From the IMG/VR virus record IMGVR_UViG_3300042291_001557, positions 36,257 to 100,256 of that record: DNA of 64,000 nucleotides; one strand, written 5' to 3'. A model generated the notes under the pieces. It made no database searches and was not told where the DNA came from. It worked only from the letters and a program-made list of their open reading frames with translations. The stretch is from a virus. A program made the position numbers and the translations under genes. Numbering within the stretch: position 1 is the first letter of the stretch; each line of letters starts with the position of its first letter. Shown piece after piece: positions 45,322-54,743 of the stretch.

Positions 45322-45745
45322 GGAGGTTCTCATCCACCACCGTCGGGTTATTACGGTATTTTGCACGGTTCCTCTGGACCATAATCCAGGAGTTCTTTGC
45401 TACTGCGTACACGTCACTGTCAGGCTCTGCCATAGCTATCTCTACTAGGACGAAGTCTTCGTGGGTGTAGTTTCTGAATTCTTGCGGCGGACGTGGCGTA
45501 TTGAAGTCCGGGTAACCCGCGCAGTCATACAGGGAGATAACGCCATACCCGATTGTAGATACCATGGGTTCTATAAAGTCCCCGCGCTGCTGCCAGCCGA
45601 CAATTGTAAGTCTGTCGATATTAAATTCATATTCGACAATATTCTGGAAGTCGTCGTCGAAGACCGGCTCGACCCACATGCCCCATGCGTACAGCGGGTA
45701 AGGCTGGGAGGTGAAGACTGGGTGTTTCTTTTTGCTTTTACTCAT
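45311..45745 (-). CDS. Hypothetical protein
   Basis: AGGA SD; 144-aa ORF. Confidence 0.6.
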   Translation of the reverse strand: MSKSKKKHPVFTSQPYPLYAWGMWVEPVFDDDFQNIVEYEFNIDRLTIVGWQQRGDFIEPMVSTIGYGVISLYDCAGYPDFNTPRPPQEFRNYTHEDFVLVEIAMAEPDSDVYAVAKNSWIMVQRNRAKYRNNPTVVDENLHAI

Positions 45746-45793
45746 TTTGTGTTTTTCCTGTTTATTCGCAGCCGGCGGCGGCCAGCTTGTTTA

Positions 45794-46168
45794 TTACCAA
45801 TTTGGTTCATTCTTGTCATTATCGTCTCGAGGGAGCTTGTCTAACATTGCCTCAATACGTGCATTGTCTCTGAAGATGTGCTCTATTCCCGTGTATTTCT
45901 TGTTTTGCTTATTGCGGCCCATATGGAAGTCAGACATTGTGCACCCAGTAATTGCATCCTTCGCGACGTCTACTCCATAGTGGTGAATAGCGCTGCCGAT
46001 TAATACTTTTCTGGCATGGTCCAGAACCGCCAAGCTGCGGCCTTTAAACGTTAGCTTCCAGAATTCAAAAACTTCGAGAATTTGTTCTTCTGAAACTTTT
46101 TTAGCTGCAGCATTTTTCTCAAGCGTTTTCTTAGCTGGACCTCGAGATTTTTTTGGTTTTTCTAGCAT
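45794..46168 (-). CDS. Phage replication-initiator C-terminal-like domain protein
   Basis: VFEFWK...AI.GC..SDFHMG.N....Y..IE.IFRD; TAGAAT 6 nt before ATG. Confidence 0.55.
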   Translation of the reverse strand: MLEKPKKSRGPAKKTLEKNAAAKKVSEEQILEVFEFWKLTFKGRSLAVLDHARKVLIGSAIHHYGVDVAKDAITGCTMSDFHMGRNKQNKKYTGIEHIFRDNARIEAMLDKLPRDDNDKNEPNW

Positions 46169-46666
46169 CTTATTATTCTAATCCCCGTGAAAGGTTTTGT
46201 CAAGTCTAGTTGAGAATTAAATTCTCAAGCTGAATTGATAAAAGTTAGTAGGCAATGTCAATTTAGTTAATCTAAAACAGTCAGTAAGGAAAACCCCTTT
46301 GGAGGGGGTCCGGGGGAACCTTTGCTTTTTGTTAACCAGTTTTTGGCAAACTCAAAGTAGGCCCTCGGAATTTTCCGCGAACTTGAATCAGGTGGTTGTA
46401 GATGTGACGTCAATCTTATGTTTGGTCTAACGACCAAGCGAGGAGAACTGTAGCAGCTTCATCCACCACCGTCAACTCGAAAGGCCAAGTTTTTTAAAGT
46501 TTCTTTTCCACAGCCTGTGGATGTGGTATCGTTTCTCTGCTGCATAGCGAGACCCTTTCCTTTGCGTGCAGCATCGCGGGGCTCCCCGGGGTTGAGTGAA
46601 GTTGCTTGTCTGTAACGGGTACGTAGGTGGCGGACTCTTATCATTCCCCTGGGGACCTTCGTATTT

Positions 46667-47230
46667 CTAAGCTTCTTTTAGCGGAAGAGTAAACCATCCG
46701 CGCTCGAACATCATCGCGACTATGCAGTAACCAATTACATCTAGGTAATTATCCACAATTGATTCATTGTTGGGGACCGTGCCGCGCGCTGTTAAATTCT
46801 CTAATCTTGCGATTTTGTCATGAACCCGAACCAGGAGGCCGAGTCTTCCGAATCGCATAATATTGTCACAGCCGTAATCTCTTTGTTTGCGCGTTACTAG
46901 GCCGGCGACATTATTAATCATTTTTTCCATATTTTCCGCGTCGAGTGCACGTTCTGGATTAATTCCGAAAAACTCAATTTTTGCATCGCCGGCCGCAGCA
47001 CGTGTAACCGCTGCCAGTATTTTCCAAAAATCCGACATTTCTTCAGGGCCCATCCAGGCCTCTGGGGAAATTCCTACATTTTTAGAAATCATGTAGTCGA
47101 GCTGCGTGCGCATATCTTCTAGCTTGTTCATGGCCACGAGATTAAATGCGAAAATCTGAAAAACAACCGCGGCCGCAGCTTCATCCCAGGTAATTGGCTC
47201 TTCGTAATAGGTCTCTTCCACCACCGTCAT
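46667..47230 (-). CDS. DUF1599 / nucleotide-modification-associated domain protein
   Basis: KQRDYG.DNI..FG..G..VR..DK..RL.NL......NESI.D...D..GY. Confidence 0.75.
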   Translation of the reverse strand: MTVVEETYYEEPITWDEAAAAVVFQIFAFNLVAMNKLEDMRTQLDYMISKNVGISPEAWMGPEEMSDFWKILAAVTRAAAGDAKIEFFGINPERALDAENMEKMINNVAGLVTRKQRDYGCDNIMRFGRLGLLVRVHDKIARLENLTARGTVPNNESIVDNYLDVIGYCIVAMMFERGWFTLPLKEA

Positions 47231-47752
47231 TTAAATACCCTCCTCGGGGATAAAGTCTGGAATTTCCAGAACAGGGCCGCTGCCACTATCGGCTAATTCT
47301 AACGTTTTTTCGAAAAAGAACTCAAGCAGCTGCTCCCATTTTTCCTGAGCCCCGTCCTGGTCTTCCTCGTTTTGACATTTAACGGCACATTTTTCAATAA
47401 ACTCTTTAGACACCATGGCAACAATGCGGCCCTTGTCTGAGGATGGAATCAATACCGGTCCTTTACTACCGACAACTACCTGAGGAGCAATAACAATTGT
47501 TACTGTCCTTTCCCCTTCAGTGCCGACTACTAGGATATTGTCCGAACCTCGAAGAGCTTGGGTCAGCTCGGCCTGCATGTTTTTTGCTAATTCCGGAGAA
47601 ATGCCATCGAAGTTATTCAGCTCATCCATGAGCTCTTCACCTTGTTCGAAATTGAAGTTTTTCTTATAATCGTCGTCACCCACTGGGGCCTCGGTCTTCC
47701 TGCCAAATAGGCAATATCTATTTATTGGATTGTATCTGGATTCGTCATTCAT
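47231..47752 (-). CDS. Hypothetical protein
   Basis: Acidic ORF adjacent to next gene; start uncertain. Confidence 0.55.
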   Translation of the reverse strand: MNDESRYNPINRYCLFGRKTEAPVGDDDYKKNFNFEQGEELMDELNNFDGISPELAKNMQAELTQALRGSDNILVVGTEGERTVTIVIAPQVVVGSKGPVLIPSSDKGRIVAMVSKEFIEKCAVKCQNEEDQDGAQEKWEQLLEFFFEKTLELADSGSGPVLEIPDFIPEEGI

Positions 47753-47804
47753 TGTGAAAGCGTGCTCCCATCTAAAAGGCCATTCTTGTATTAATATCTC
47801 GACT

Positions 47805-48182
47805 ATGGACAACACCACTCGTTTTAAAACTTATATCGGAGCACTTAAACAGTTCTCTAATCGGGAAGGCCACACGCACGTGCCGGCAGCTCATGTTGAA
47901 AAATTCGAAGATTCCGGAATTAATCTGGGAGCTTGGGTTGGATACACCAGACAGAGATATCGAAAAAATCAACTTTCTGAAGAAAGAGCGCGGGAGCTCT
48001 CGAGCGTCGCGGGATGGATTTGGGGACCTCTTCGTCCTGGACCGGCCACTGACGTTAATCGGAATAAACAGATTCTTGAGATGCGAGCTTCCGGTAAATC
48101 CCTCCGCCAAATCGCAGACGAGTTTGACCTGAGCCGTCAGCGTGTTCATCAGATAGTTCGAGATATCGATGCGCAAGGATGA
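47805..48182 (+). CDS. Helicase-associated (HA) domain fused to sigma-region-4-like HTH
   Basis: L..F..REGH..VP...LG.WV...RQ.Y....LS.ER...L....W.W; then GKSLRQIADEFDLSRQRVHQI; TAATAT 7 nt before ATG. Confidence 0.75.
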   Translation: MDNTTRFKTYIGALKQFSNREGHTHVPAAHVEKFEDSGINLGAWVGYTRQRYRKNQLSEERARELSSVAGWIWGPLRPGPATDVNRNKQILEMRASGKSLRQIADEFDLSRQRVHQIVRDIDAQG

Positions 48183-48474
48183 CCGCCTAAGAAGGTCGGA
48201 GCTTTTTCTTCCACCACCGTCGATTAATAAACACCGGGTGATACCAGACACCGACGAGAAACTCGAAGAAAAACAGATAACTGGATTTCTACTGGGAGTT
48301 GCCATCGCCGGCGTGCTGGGTTTCATCCTGGCATCGGCCGTGTACGGCTCGATACTTTGGGTGGTTATACAACTGCTGGAGAGAGACGTGCCTTTGGTGA
48401 ACTGCATAGCGGTCACCGGTATCGCCGGCTTTGTGAGAGCCCTTGATAGGGCATCTAGAAAGCGTCCTGCGTAG
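48169..48474 (+). CDS. Membrane protein
   Basis: Two hydrophobic segments. Confidence 0.55.
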   Translation: MRKDDRLRRSELFLPPPSINKHRVIPDTDEKLEEKQITGFLLGVAIAGVLGFILASAVYGSILWVVIQLLERDVPLVNCIAVTGIAGFVRALDRASRKRPA

Positions 48475-48745
48475 CCTCTTCAGTATCCCAGCAGAGAATG
48501 TAAGGCTCTGTCAGGTCAAGCCAGTGACCATCAGGAACGCTCACTTTGTCTACCAGTGCGTCACAGGCAAATGCAATCCTGTCCATCATCTCTCGGTCCA
48601 AGAAGACTATGGTGTCCTCGTTGTCCTCTTTCACCTCGTTGACAATATGCTCAGGAGCATCGTTGGCAATGATGGTGTATCCGTTGAGACCATCAGGTGA
48701 ATCCTGATGTGTTGCGTCTCCCATGAAAGCGTAAAGCTTGTCCAT
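48455..48745 (-). CDS. Acidic hypothetical protein
   Basis: ACTAGAAAAGGA leader/SD. Confidence 0.6.
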   Translation of the reverse strand: MDKLYAFMGDATHQDSPDGLNGYTIIANDAPEHIVNEVKEDNEDTIVFLDREMMDRIAFACDALVDKVSVPDGHWLDLTEPYILCWDTEEATQDAF

Positions 48746-48909
48746 TGTTTTTTTCCTTTTCTAGTAAGTAGTTATTTATTGTATCGACATCATGATGAGT
48801 CACCAACCTTGGGGGGAAGGAACTTAACCCGGAGGGTTGCGGTGACCCATCACAATGCGAAGTTGCCACGGCCAGTGGAGAGAAAGAAACCCCACTGGCC
48901 GTGAATCCT

Positions 48910-50406
48910 TTATCCCCGTAACGGAAGTTCCGTTCCGATTGATTCTTGCCAAGCGTTGCGAAGCATCTGAGGGTAACGAGACTCAGGCTTGCCACCATTC
49001 TTCATCTTGCGAAGTTCGGTGATTGCTTCTTCTACGAACGGCACGACAACGATGTTGTGCTTCTTGCAGAAGTTGATGCACTGCATCGCAAGCGAGTTAT
49101 GGAATCCACTGTTCGTTCCGCACACGCCACCATCGGTCACCCAAATGATTGGCGAGTTGGAGCGTTGGCGATTCTTCACTGCCCATTCAAGCGCAGGGAA
49201 GTCAACACCGTTGCCGTTGCCCTGAGTCGGTAGGTCTTTGACCATACGACCCTTGTCAGCGAGAATGTAAGCGTTGGGAGTGTCCTTGCCACTCATCTCT
49301 GAGTACGAGATGACAGTTGCTCCGGGAGCGTTCTCAACAATCTTACGAATCTGCTCGTGATTGAAGTTCATTGAACCCGATGCGTCAATCACGACAACAC
49401 CACCACTGCCTCGTGTCACCTTGTCAAAGACTCGCATCTGTGGGTCGGTGATGAGACGGTGCATACGGCGTGGAGAGCGACCGATGTTAGAAGCAGTGCG
49501 CTTCTTACCGATGTTGCCCTTTGTCGCCAGTGGCATTGTTGGGCGTTCAATAATCAATTCAGCCCACTGAGGAATCCGGTGAGTAATTTCACCCGGTGTG
49601 ATTCCGGTGAGTCGCTTGCCAGTTCCTTTTTTAGGACGACCACGACCCTTGTTGGAGTGTGATGCTTTTACTGGCTCGCCTTCCTTGCCTTCTTCTGATT
49701 CGCCTTCTGCGCTTTCCTGCGATTCGCCTTCTTCTTCCTCGTGGAGTTCCTCGGGGGAGATTGATGCGAGACGGTCAACCCATTCAGCAATGCGCTCAGT
49801 GTGAGAGAATCCAAATGGGAAGAGTCCGGTGCGCTGGTCAACTTCTGTTGATGCGAGCGTTCCGTACTTGTAAGCCTTCTGCATTTCTTTCACTGCTCGC
49901 TTGGAGATATCGGCAAGCGATTCTCCCCACATGCGATTGTGTCGGCGTACGCCATTCAGGAATAATTTACTGCTCGCAGTTCCGGCAGTTGCGATTGCCG
50001 TGTGAACGGCACTCTGCCAATCGTTGGTATTCGCAATGCGCTCACCATCTGCAGTTTCGCCACCATCAGCAAGGTGAGTCTTTGCGTCAAAGCCTCTTTG
50101 CTGAATAAGAAAGTTCACTCGCAGTTCTTCAACTACTGTCATTGCTTTCTCGGTTGCAATTCCACGCTGAATCCATTGCTGAAACGAATCACCAAGTGGT
50201 GAGACCTTTGCATGCATCATCTCGTGCGCACGAATCACACGAGCAAGTTCGGTGTTCATCACCGGAACTTTCATGATGCGTTCAGCGATTGCTGTGAATG
50301 GTTCTCCACGGCGTGGGTTGCATTCTGTTACAACCCACCTTCCGTTATCAGAGTCCTTGCGTCCAAGCCATTCAGGCTCGGCGTAAATTGTCGCTTGCTG
50401 TTGCAT
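48910..50406 (-). CDS. Metallopeptidase-like plus VWA domain protein (CobT-like AAA partner)
   Basis: AHEMMH (HExxH), acidic linker, VIDASGSM MIDAS, WVTDG; start placed just after AAA stop. Confidence 0.8.
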   Translation of the reverse strand: MQQQATIYAEPEWLGRKDSDNGRWVVTECNPRRGEPFTAIAERIMKVPVMNTELARVIRAHEMMHAKVSPLGDSFQQWIQRGIATEKAMTVVEELRVNFLIQQRGFDAKTHLADGGETADGERIANTNDWQSAVHTAIATAGTASSKLFLNGVRRHNRMWGESLADISKRAVKEMQKAYKYGTLASTEVDQRTGLFPFGFSHTERIAEWVDRLASISPEELHEEEEGESQESAEGESEEGKEGEPVKASHSNKGRGRPKKGTGKRLTGITPGEITHRIPQWAELIIERPTMPLATKGNIGKKRTASNIGRSPRRMHRLITDPQMRVFDKVTRGSGGVVVIDASGSMNFNHEQIRKIVENAPGATVISYSEMSGKDTPNAYILADKGRMVKDLPTQGNGNGVDFPALEWAVKNRQRSNSPIIWVTDGGVCGTNSGFHNSLAMQCINFCKKHNIVVVPFVEEAITELRKMKNGGKPESRYPQMLRNAWQESIGTELPLRG

Positions 50407-50407
50407 C

Positions 50408-51139
50408 TCAGGACACCTTATCGATTGCGATTGCGTCAAGGATTGCTTCTGAGCGTGAGCCAAAGACAATCTGTGATGCACGAGCGTCACCGAGACCTTT
50501 GCGCAACTTGTCAAATGATGCGAATGCTCGGAGTGAGATTCGGCGGTCACCAGCATCAGCCATACGGACTGCGAAGTTGCGAAGGTCATGAGACAGTGCA
50601 AGCAGTGCAGTTGGGTGCGGAGTGTTGATGCGAATGCGTACAGGGAAGCGGTCAGCCAACGCTGTTGGTAATTCTTCCATGTTCTCAACATTGGTGGTCA
50701 TGATTGCAGTGAAGCCTTCACGAGGACGAACGATGCGACCAGTCTCAGGGTGTTCCCAAGTTGCAGATTCCGGTGAGTCAAGCATTGCGAGCAGTGTTGC
50801 GAACACATCGCCCGATGCCTTGTCAACTTCATCAACGATGAGTCGCCCACCAGTGATGCCGTTGCCTTCCCAAGCCTTGATAGCCGAGCCGTTCATCCAT
50901 TGGAATCCCTTGTCTGCGCTTGGCATGAATGCACCAGTCACATCCATGTTGGTCATGTCCTCTGTGCAGACGAGACGGAAGGCTCCACCAGTGGTGTCGC
51001 CCATATTTAGACCAGCGTAGGTCTTGCCAATGCCTGATGGTCCGTAAAGCACTACACGGTCAATGCCGTTAGTGATTGCGTCCTCAAACATCTGCCAGCA
51101 CTCAGGGAGTGTGGTTGTTGTATCGGGTGTAGTTGTCAT
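50408..51139 (-). CDS. MoxR/CbbQ/CobS-like AAA+ ATPase
   Basis: GPSGIGKT Walker A, LIVDEVD Walker B, MTTN, ALADRF; AAAAGGA SD before ATG 51139. Confidence 0.88.
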   Translation of the reverse strand: MTTTPDTTTTLPECWQMFEDAITNGIDRVVLYGPSGIGKTYAGLNMGDTTGGAFRLVCTEDMTNMDVTGAFMPSADKGFQWMNGSAIKAWEGNGITGGRLIVDEVDKASGDVFATLLAMLDSPESATWEHPETGRIVRPREGFTAIMTTNVENMEELPTALADRFPVRIRINTPHPTALLALSHDLRNFAVRMADAGDRRISLRAFASFDKLRKGLGDARASQIVFGSRSEAILDAIAIDKVS

Positions 51140-51174
51140 GTCTAGTTCCTTTTCTAGTAGTGGTGACATTCATC

Positions 51175-51204
51175 AACTTAGTTCCACCTACGGACGACTT
51201 ACAA
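51175..51204 (-). promoter_or_regulatory. Cassette promoter 1
   Basis: TTGTAA gtcgtccgtaggtggaac TAAGTT. Confidence 0.85.
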
Positions 51205-51247
51205 GTTTCCCTGTCTGTCACCCGGTGGCGTATCGGCTGATAGGGAA

Positions 51248-51277
51248 AGATTAACCTTCCCTACGGACGACTTACAA
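51248..51277 (-). promoter_or_regulatory. Cassette promoter 2 (tandem with 1)
   Basis: TTGTAA gtcgtccgtagggaaggt TAATCT. Confidence 0.8.
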
Positions 51278-51281
51278 GCTT

Positions 51282-51785
51282 TTACTTGCTGGCCTCTCTA
51301 TCGGCCTTTGCATCACGGATTTCCCACAATCCCTTCTTAATCTTCCGGAAGGCCGGCGATTCCTGAATGAACTTCAAGGTAGTGGGATAGGAGAACCCGG
51401 AGATTTCTACGAGTTGCTCAGTGGTGTACTGCTCAAATATGTGAGCCTTTGACCAGTCGATGAAAGCGTCGTATTTATCAGAACGCTTCTCGGTCTTGGC
51501 CGTTACTTCTTCCATAGATTCGATTTCTATAGCGCAGTAGCCCCGTACCACTTCTATCAAAACTTCCGGATGAACAGAGTAAGAGGATAGGAACTTGGCA
51601 GGATTGCCGGAACTACCCATGCGTTGCCACACTTGCAGTGTGTACATAGCACGGAGCGTTTCACTAATACGAGAAACAGTTTCACTGGGGACACTGAAGG
51701 CGTTGCCGTATTCAGATACGGCATTGTCCCACATCTCTTTGTGGTTGCTCTTAATGAGTTCATCTGTAATGAATGGTGTTGTCAT
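51282..51785 (-). CDS. Hypothetical protein with C-terminal HTH-like segment
   Basis: Own promoter; YTTEQL.EI.GFSYPT..K.I.....F.K.KKG.WE. Confidence 0.7.
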   Translation of the reverse strand: MTTPFITDELIKSNHKEMWDNAVSEYGNAFSVPSETVSRISETLRAMYTLQVWQRMGSSGNPAKFLSSYSVHPEVLIEVVRGYCAIEIESMEEVTAKTEKRSDKYDAFIDWSKAHIFEQYTTEQLVEISGFSYPTTLKFIQESPAFRKIKKGLWEIRDAKADREASK

Positions 51786-51816
51786 TTGTTACTTCTTTCT
51801 AGTAGTTCTTGTTTGG

Positions 51817-51846
51817 ATTCTACCTGGCCCTACGGACGGCTTACAG
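51817..51846 (-). promoter_or_regulatory. Cassette promoter 3
   Basis: CTGTAA gccgtccgtagggccagg TAGAAT. Confidence 0.8.
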
Positions 51847-52086
51847 AATTTATTCGAATATTACATAATTCTCGAGGGGTGTGTCATAGTTTCTGGGGTC
51901 ATCCACCACCGTCAGTTAAATTCGGACTCTGAGTCAGGGCCTATTCGAGAAATATTCGGAAATTTGATTTTTTTACTGGGCCGGCCGCTGCTACGTAGTG
52001 AATTTTATTCACCGTCTAGACAATCACTTCGGCCCGAGCCCCGCCCTCTACCCGGGAACCGGGGCTCAGGAGAGGAAAAGTGCCGG

Positions 52087-52341
52087 TCACCTTTTCTTGT
52101 GGTAATCAATTGCCCGGGTATCCATCTTTCCATCTTCCAACCAGGCGTCGAACATCTCGTTGATGACCTGCAGTAGTCGACTTGATGAGATATTCCATTC
52201 AACTAGGTTCTCTGCGAACCTTCCGCTGGAGTAATCATCAAGAATTACTACCATTGCCTCAGCTCCCGTTGTTGCCAAGGTGTAATAGTTTTCCTCTAGG
52301 AGCCCCATTAATTCCTTTTTCTTGATTTTCTTTTCAAGCAT
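52087..52341 (-). CDS. Hypothetical protein
   Basis: Overlaps upstream gene, same strand. Confidence 0.6.
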   Translation of the reverse strand: MLEKKIKKKELMGLLEENYYTLATTGAEAMVVILDDYSSGRFAENLVEWNISSSRLLQVINEMFDAWLEDGKMDTRAIDYHKKR

Positions 52342-52576
52342 CTGGCTCTTCTTTCACTAGTTCTGCATATTCTAGAGCAGAATCCATAATCCACTGGTTG
52401 ACATCGTTACCAGCATTTTCCCACTCATCAAACTCCTTACAGACTAGAGCCCACCCTTCTTGGGTGAGTTCTAGCCCGTCCATGTTTTCGAACTGTGGTT
52501 TATCCCACCACAGAATGCACAGTTCTTCATCAGGGGAATAGCGACTTAGCATCTCGATGATTTGTTTGATAATCAC
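52334..52576 (-). CDS. Hypothetical protein (paralog of 54106..54366)
   Basis: PDEEL...W..K...W..V...F shared. Confidence 0.6.
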   Translation of the reverse strand: MIIKQIIEMLSRYSPDEELCILWWDKPQFENMDGLELTQEGWALVCKEFDEWENAGNDVNQWIMDSALEYAELVKEEPDA

Positions 52577-53190
52577 AACAACGACGCTTCTTTCAGGAAT
52601 TCACAGTATTGGGTAAAAATTGCGTCGCTTTGCGCTTCTTTCCATGCTTCGTACTTGTCAATGGACTCATAGTCGTCGTAATCAACTTCTCCCTCGTATT
52701 CGCATGGCTCATACATAGACTGAAAGACCGTGTCGCCTTTGAGGTACGCCTCAGTGCCTGCAAAGAAGCCAGCCTCTTCGTCATAGTCAAAGGTGAAGAG
52801 CAGTTCAGGAAAGAGCGTAGAGACCTTTAGGAAGCCTGCATCGGCTGGACCCCATGCAGTTTGGTAGCGCATGACAACTTCCCACGAGCCGTTAGCAAGT
52901 TGCATCGGGTGTCCGATGTCAGTGTCGCAATCGCCCCACTTGGTACCCCAATTATCGTATGACCAGTCATACCAATCCTTGTAGCCGTACTTGGCAGTGT
53001 TGGACTCTTGCTGTTTGCGATGTTCATCGGCTTTGTCGTCTCCGACATAGCCAGCAACTGTCTCGTGCAGTTCTGCAGGGCAAGGTACATAGGACTCGAG
53101 AATTCGGGAATCCTTGATTCCGTCAATGAATCGCTGTACTTCTGCTGGCGAGCCTTTTACGCTCAGTGTGGTTGATACCCAATTTGGCAT
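52573..53190 (-). CDS. YubB/DUF1281-like ferredoxin-fold protein
   Basis: MPNW..T.L...G, WYDW...NWGTKW, TAWGP, Y.EE..FF.G. Confidence 0.75.
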   Translation of the reverse strand: MPNWVSTTLSVKGSPAEVQRFIDGIKDSRILESYVPCPAELHETVAGYVGDDKADEHRKQQESNTAKYGYKDWYDWSYDNWGTKWGDCDTDIGHPMQLANGSWEVVMRYQTAWGPADAGFLKVSTLFPELLFTFDYDEEAGFFAGTEAYLKGDTVFQSMYEPCEYEGEVDYDDYESIDKYEAWKEAQSDAIFTQYCEFLKEASLL

Positions 53191-53224
53191 GCTGTGTTCT
53201 TTCTAGTAGTGGTGAACAATGTTT

Positions 53225-53254
53225 AGATTAGTTGGTCCTACGGATGGCTTACAA
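53225..53254 (-). promoter_or_regulatory. Cassette promoter 4
   Basis: TTGTAA gccatccgtaggaccaac TAATCT. Confidence 0.85.
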
Positions 53255-53255
53255 G

Positions 53256-53534
53256 TTAGATGAAAGCAACTTCTATTGCGATTTCATCCTGCATTCCACA
53301 CTTGTCATCATTGGCTTCAAGCCAATCCTGAATCTCGTCGGTGATTTCTTGCCAGCCCTTGTCCCAGAAGCCGTTGTTGTTGAGAAAGTCGTACAACTCG
53401 TTCGGGTCAGGCAACTCTCGGAACTCCACAGGGAACTTCTCATCAGGGATGGAGAAGTAGTCCCACTTGGCGTAGGTCGGACCTTCGGGGTACGAGACCT
53501 CGGTAAGGATTCTTATGTAGTGGTCAACGCTCAT
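53256..53534 (-). CDS. Acidic hypothetical protein
   Basis: ATGA overlap with upstream gene, GAGGAG SD. Confidence 0.6.
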   Translation of the reverse strand: MSVDHYIRILTEVSYPEGPTYAKWDYFSIPDEKFPVEFRELPDPNELYDFLNNNGFWDKGWQEITDEIQDWLEANDDKCGMQDEIAIEVAFI

Positions 53535-53719
53535 TCTGACTCCTCTGTTGTGATGTCCCATGGGTGTGTGTCCCATTCTGATTGACCGTCAAGGTCTAAT
53601 GACTTGAGTTGGTCGTTGTTGAACGAGTAGTAGATAGAGAGAGCCTCTTCTTCGGTCTCTGCCTCAATCTCATAGTCGTGGTTGATGGATTCTGTTACTC
53701 GGAGTGTAAATTTCTTCAT
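53531..53719 (-). CDS. Small acidic protein (leaderless)
   Basis: MKKF.L.V.E.....YEIEAETEEEA pattern; ATG 6 nt after -10. Confidence 0.65.
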   Translation of the reverse strand: MKKFTLRVTESINHDYEIEAETEEEALSIYYSFNNDQLKSLDLDGQSEWDTHPWDITTEESE

Positions 53720-53725
53720 GCCTTC

Positions 53726-53755
53726 ACCTTACTTTTACCTACGGGCGACTTACAA
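53726..53755 (-). promoter_or_regulatory. Cassette promoter 5
   Basis: TTGTAA gtcgcccgtaggtaaaag TAAGGT. Confidence 0.85.
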
Positions 53756-53849
53756 ATTGTCATCCACCACCGTTGAATAAAAAAGGGCTAGGGCTAAGTC
53801 GTAAATACAGAAAGCTGGATTTCTGACTAAACGCGCAGCGTGGTCAGAA

Positions 53850-54119
53850 TCACTCTTCGTGGTGAGGGGCGTCTTGAGCCCCGTCCCGGTTGGCCTGCAG
53901 ATATGTCGAATAGTTCATTTCGAACAATTGGTCAATTATTTCGGCCAGTTCGCCGCCGGACCGCCGGACGAATGGGTCCCATACCAAGATGCGCTTGTCC
54001 ACATACTCAACCAGTGTGGGGATATCCATGATGTCAACATCCGTTGGGTATGCAGAGAGCACGAACGAGACCGCATTTGTCATGAATGCTTTCTTTATTT
54101 CGTCTTCAGACCAAGGCAC
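53850..54119 (-). CDS. Hypothetical protein
   Basis: AGGAG SD; operon context. Confidence 0.55.
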   Translation of the reverse strand: MPWSEDEIKKAFMTNAVSFVLSAYPTDVDIMDIPTLVEYVDKRILVWDPFVRRSGGELAEIIDQLFEMNYSTYLQANRDGAQDAPHHEE

Positions 54120-54366
54120 CGAGTTTTTCTCCTACTAGTTTATAAATCTCTTGATGGACATCAGCCCATGAACTGGTTAGGGCATTAGCCCACTTTTCGT
54201 TCTCAAATATAGAGACTACATCATTCCACTCCATCGGAGCAAGCGTGTCATAGTCGCCATCGTCTCTGATTCCCAGCGGAAAGTCGTCTTTTGTGAACCA
54301 CACACAGACGAGCTCTTCGTCGGGGTCCATATCGGACATGTGTCTAGCAATGTCTTTTGCCTTCAT
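54106..54366 (-). CDS. Hypothetical protein (paralog of 52334..52576)
   Basis: TAATG coupling; PDEEL...W..K. Confidence 0.6.
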   Translation of the reverse strand: MKAKDIARHMSDMDPDEELVCVWFTKDDFPLGIRDDGDYDTLAPMEWNDVVSIFENEKWANALTSSWADVHQEIYKLVGEKLGALV

Positions 54367-54677
54367 TAGAAGACCTGGTCCACTGTGTAGTGCTTCATAC
54401 TAAGAACCCAAGCGAGAACATCGCTCTGCCAGCCTGAATAGGCTTTCAGTGGGAGGGTGACGTCACTACTATCGTGACCAACAATGTATGAAAGTGCCAT
54501 TGAATAGTTTCCACGAGGGTTGTAATGGAGTGTGTAATAGACCTGACCATTGTTGCCAGCGGTTGCTAGCAGTTGGTAGTGCTTTTGTGTCCTGTTCGCA
54601 TGAAAGCGGACTTCTAGTGGTGTGGAATCGCCAAAGTTTGCTAAGGCGTCCCAGTGGAGTTGATAATCGTTGCTCAT
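54366..54677 (-). CDS. Hypothetical protein (leaderless)
   Basis: ATG 54677 is 7 nt after -10. Confidence 0.6.
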   Translation of the reverse strand: MSNDYQLHWDALANFGDSTPLEVRFHANRTQKHYQLLATAGNNGQVYYTLHYNPRGNYSMALSYIVGHDSSDVTLPLKAYSGWQSDVLAWVLSMKHYTVDQVF

Positions 54678-54684
54678 GTGGTCC

Positions 54685-54714
54685 ATCTTATTTCACCCTA
54701 CGTGCGGCTTACAA
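54685..54714 (-). promoter_or_regulatory. Cassette promoter 6
   Basis: TTGTAA gccgcacgtagggtgaaa TAAGAT. Confidence 0.85.
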
Positions 54715-54743
54715 GTTCCAGAGGACCCGTACCGGGGCTCGGC

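Noticed and set aside
48910-50691. 593-aa version of the VWA gene and similar N-terminal extensions (59997, 55273, 63540, 11743, 47730)
   Set aside because: The extensions overlap the upstream gene or run through the gene's own promoter; shorter starts fit the promoter or SD geometry.
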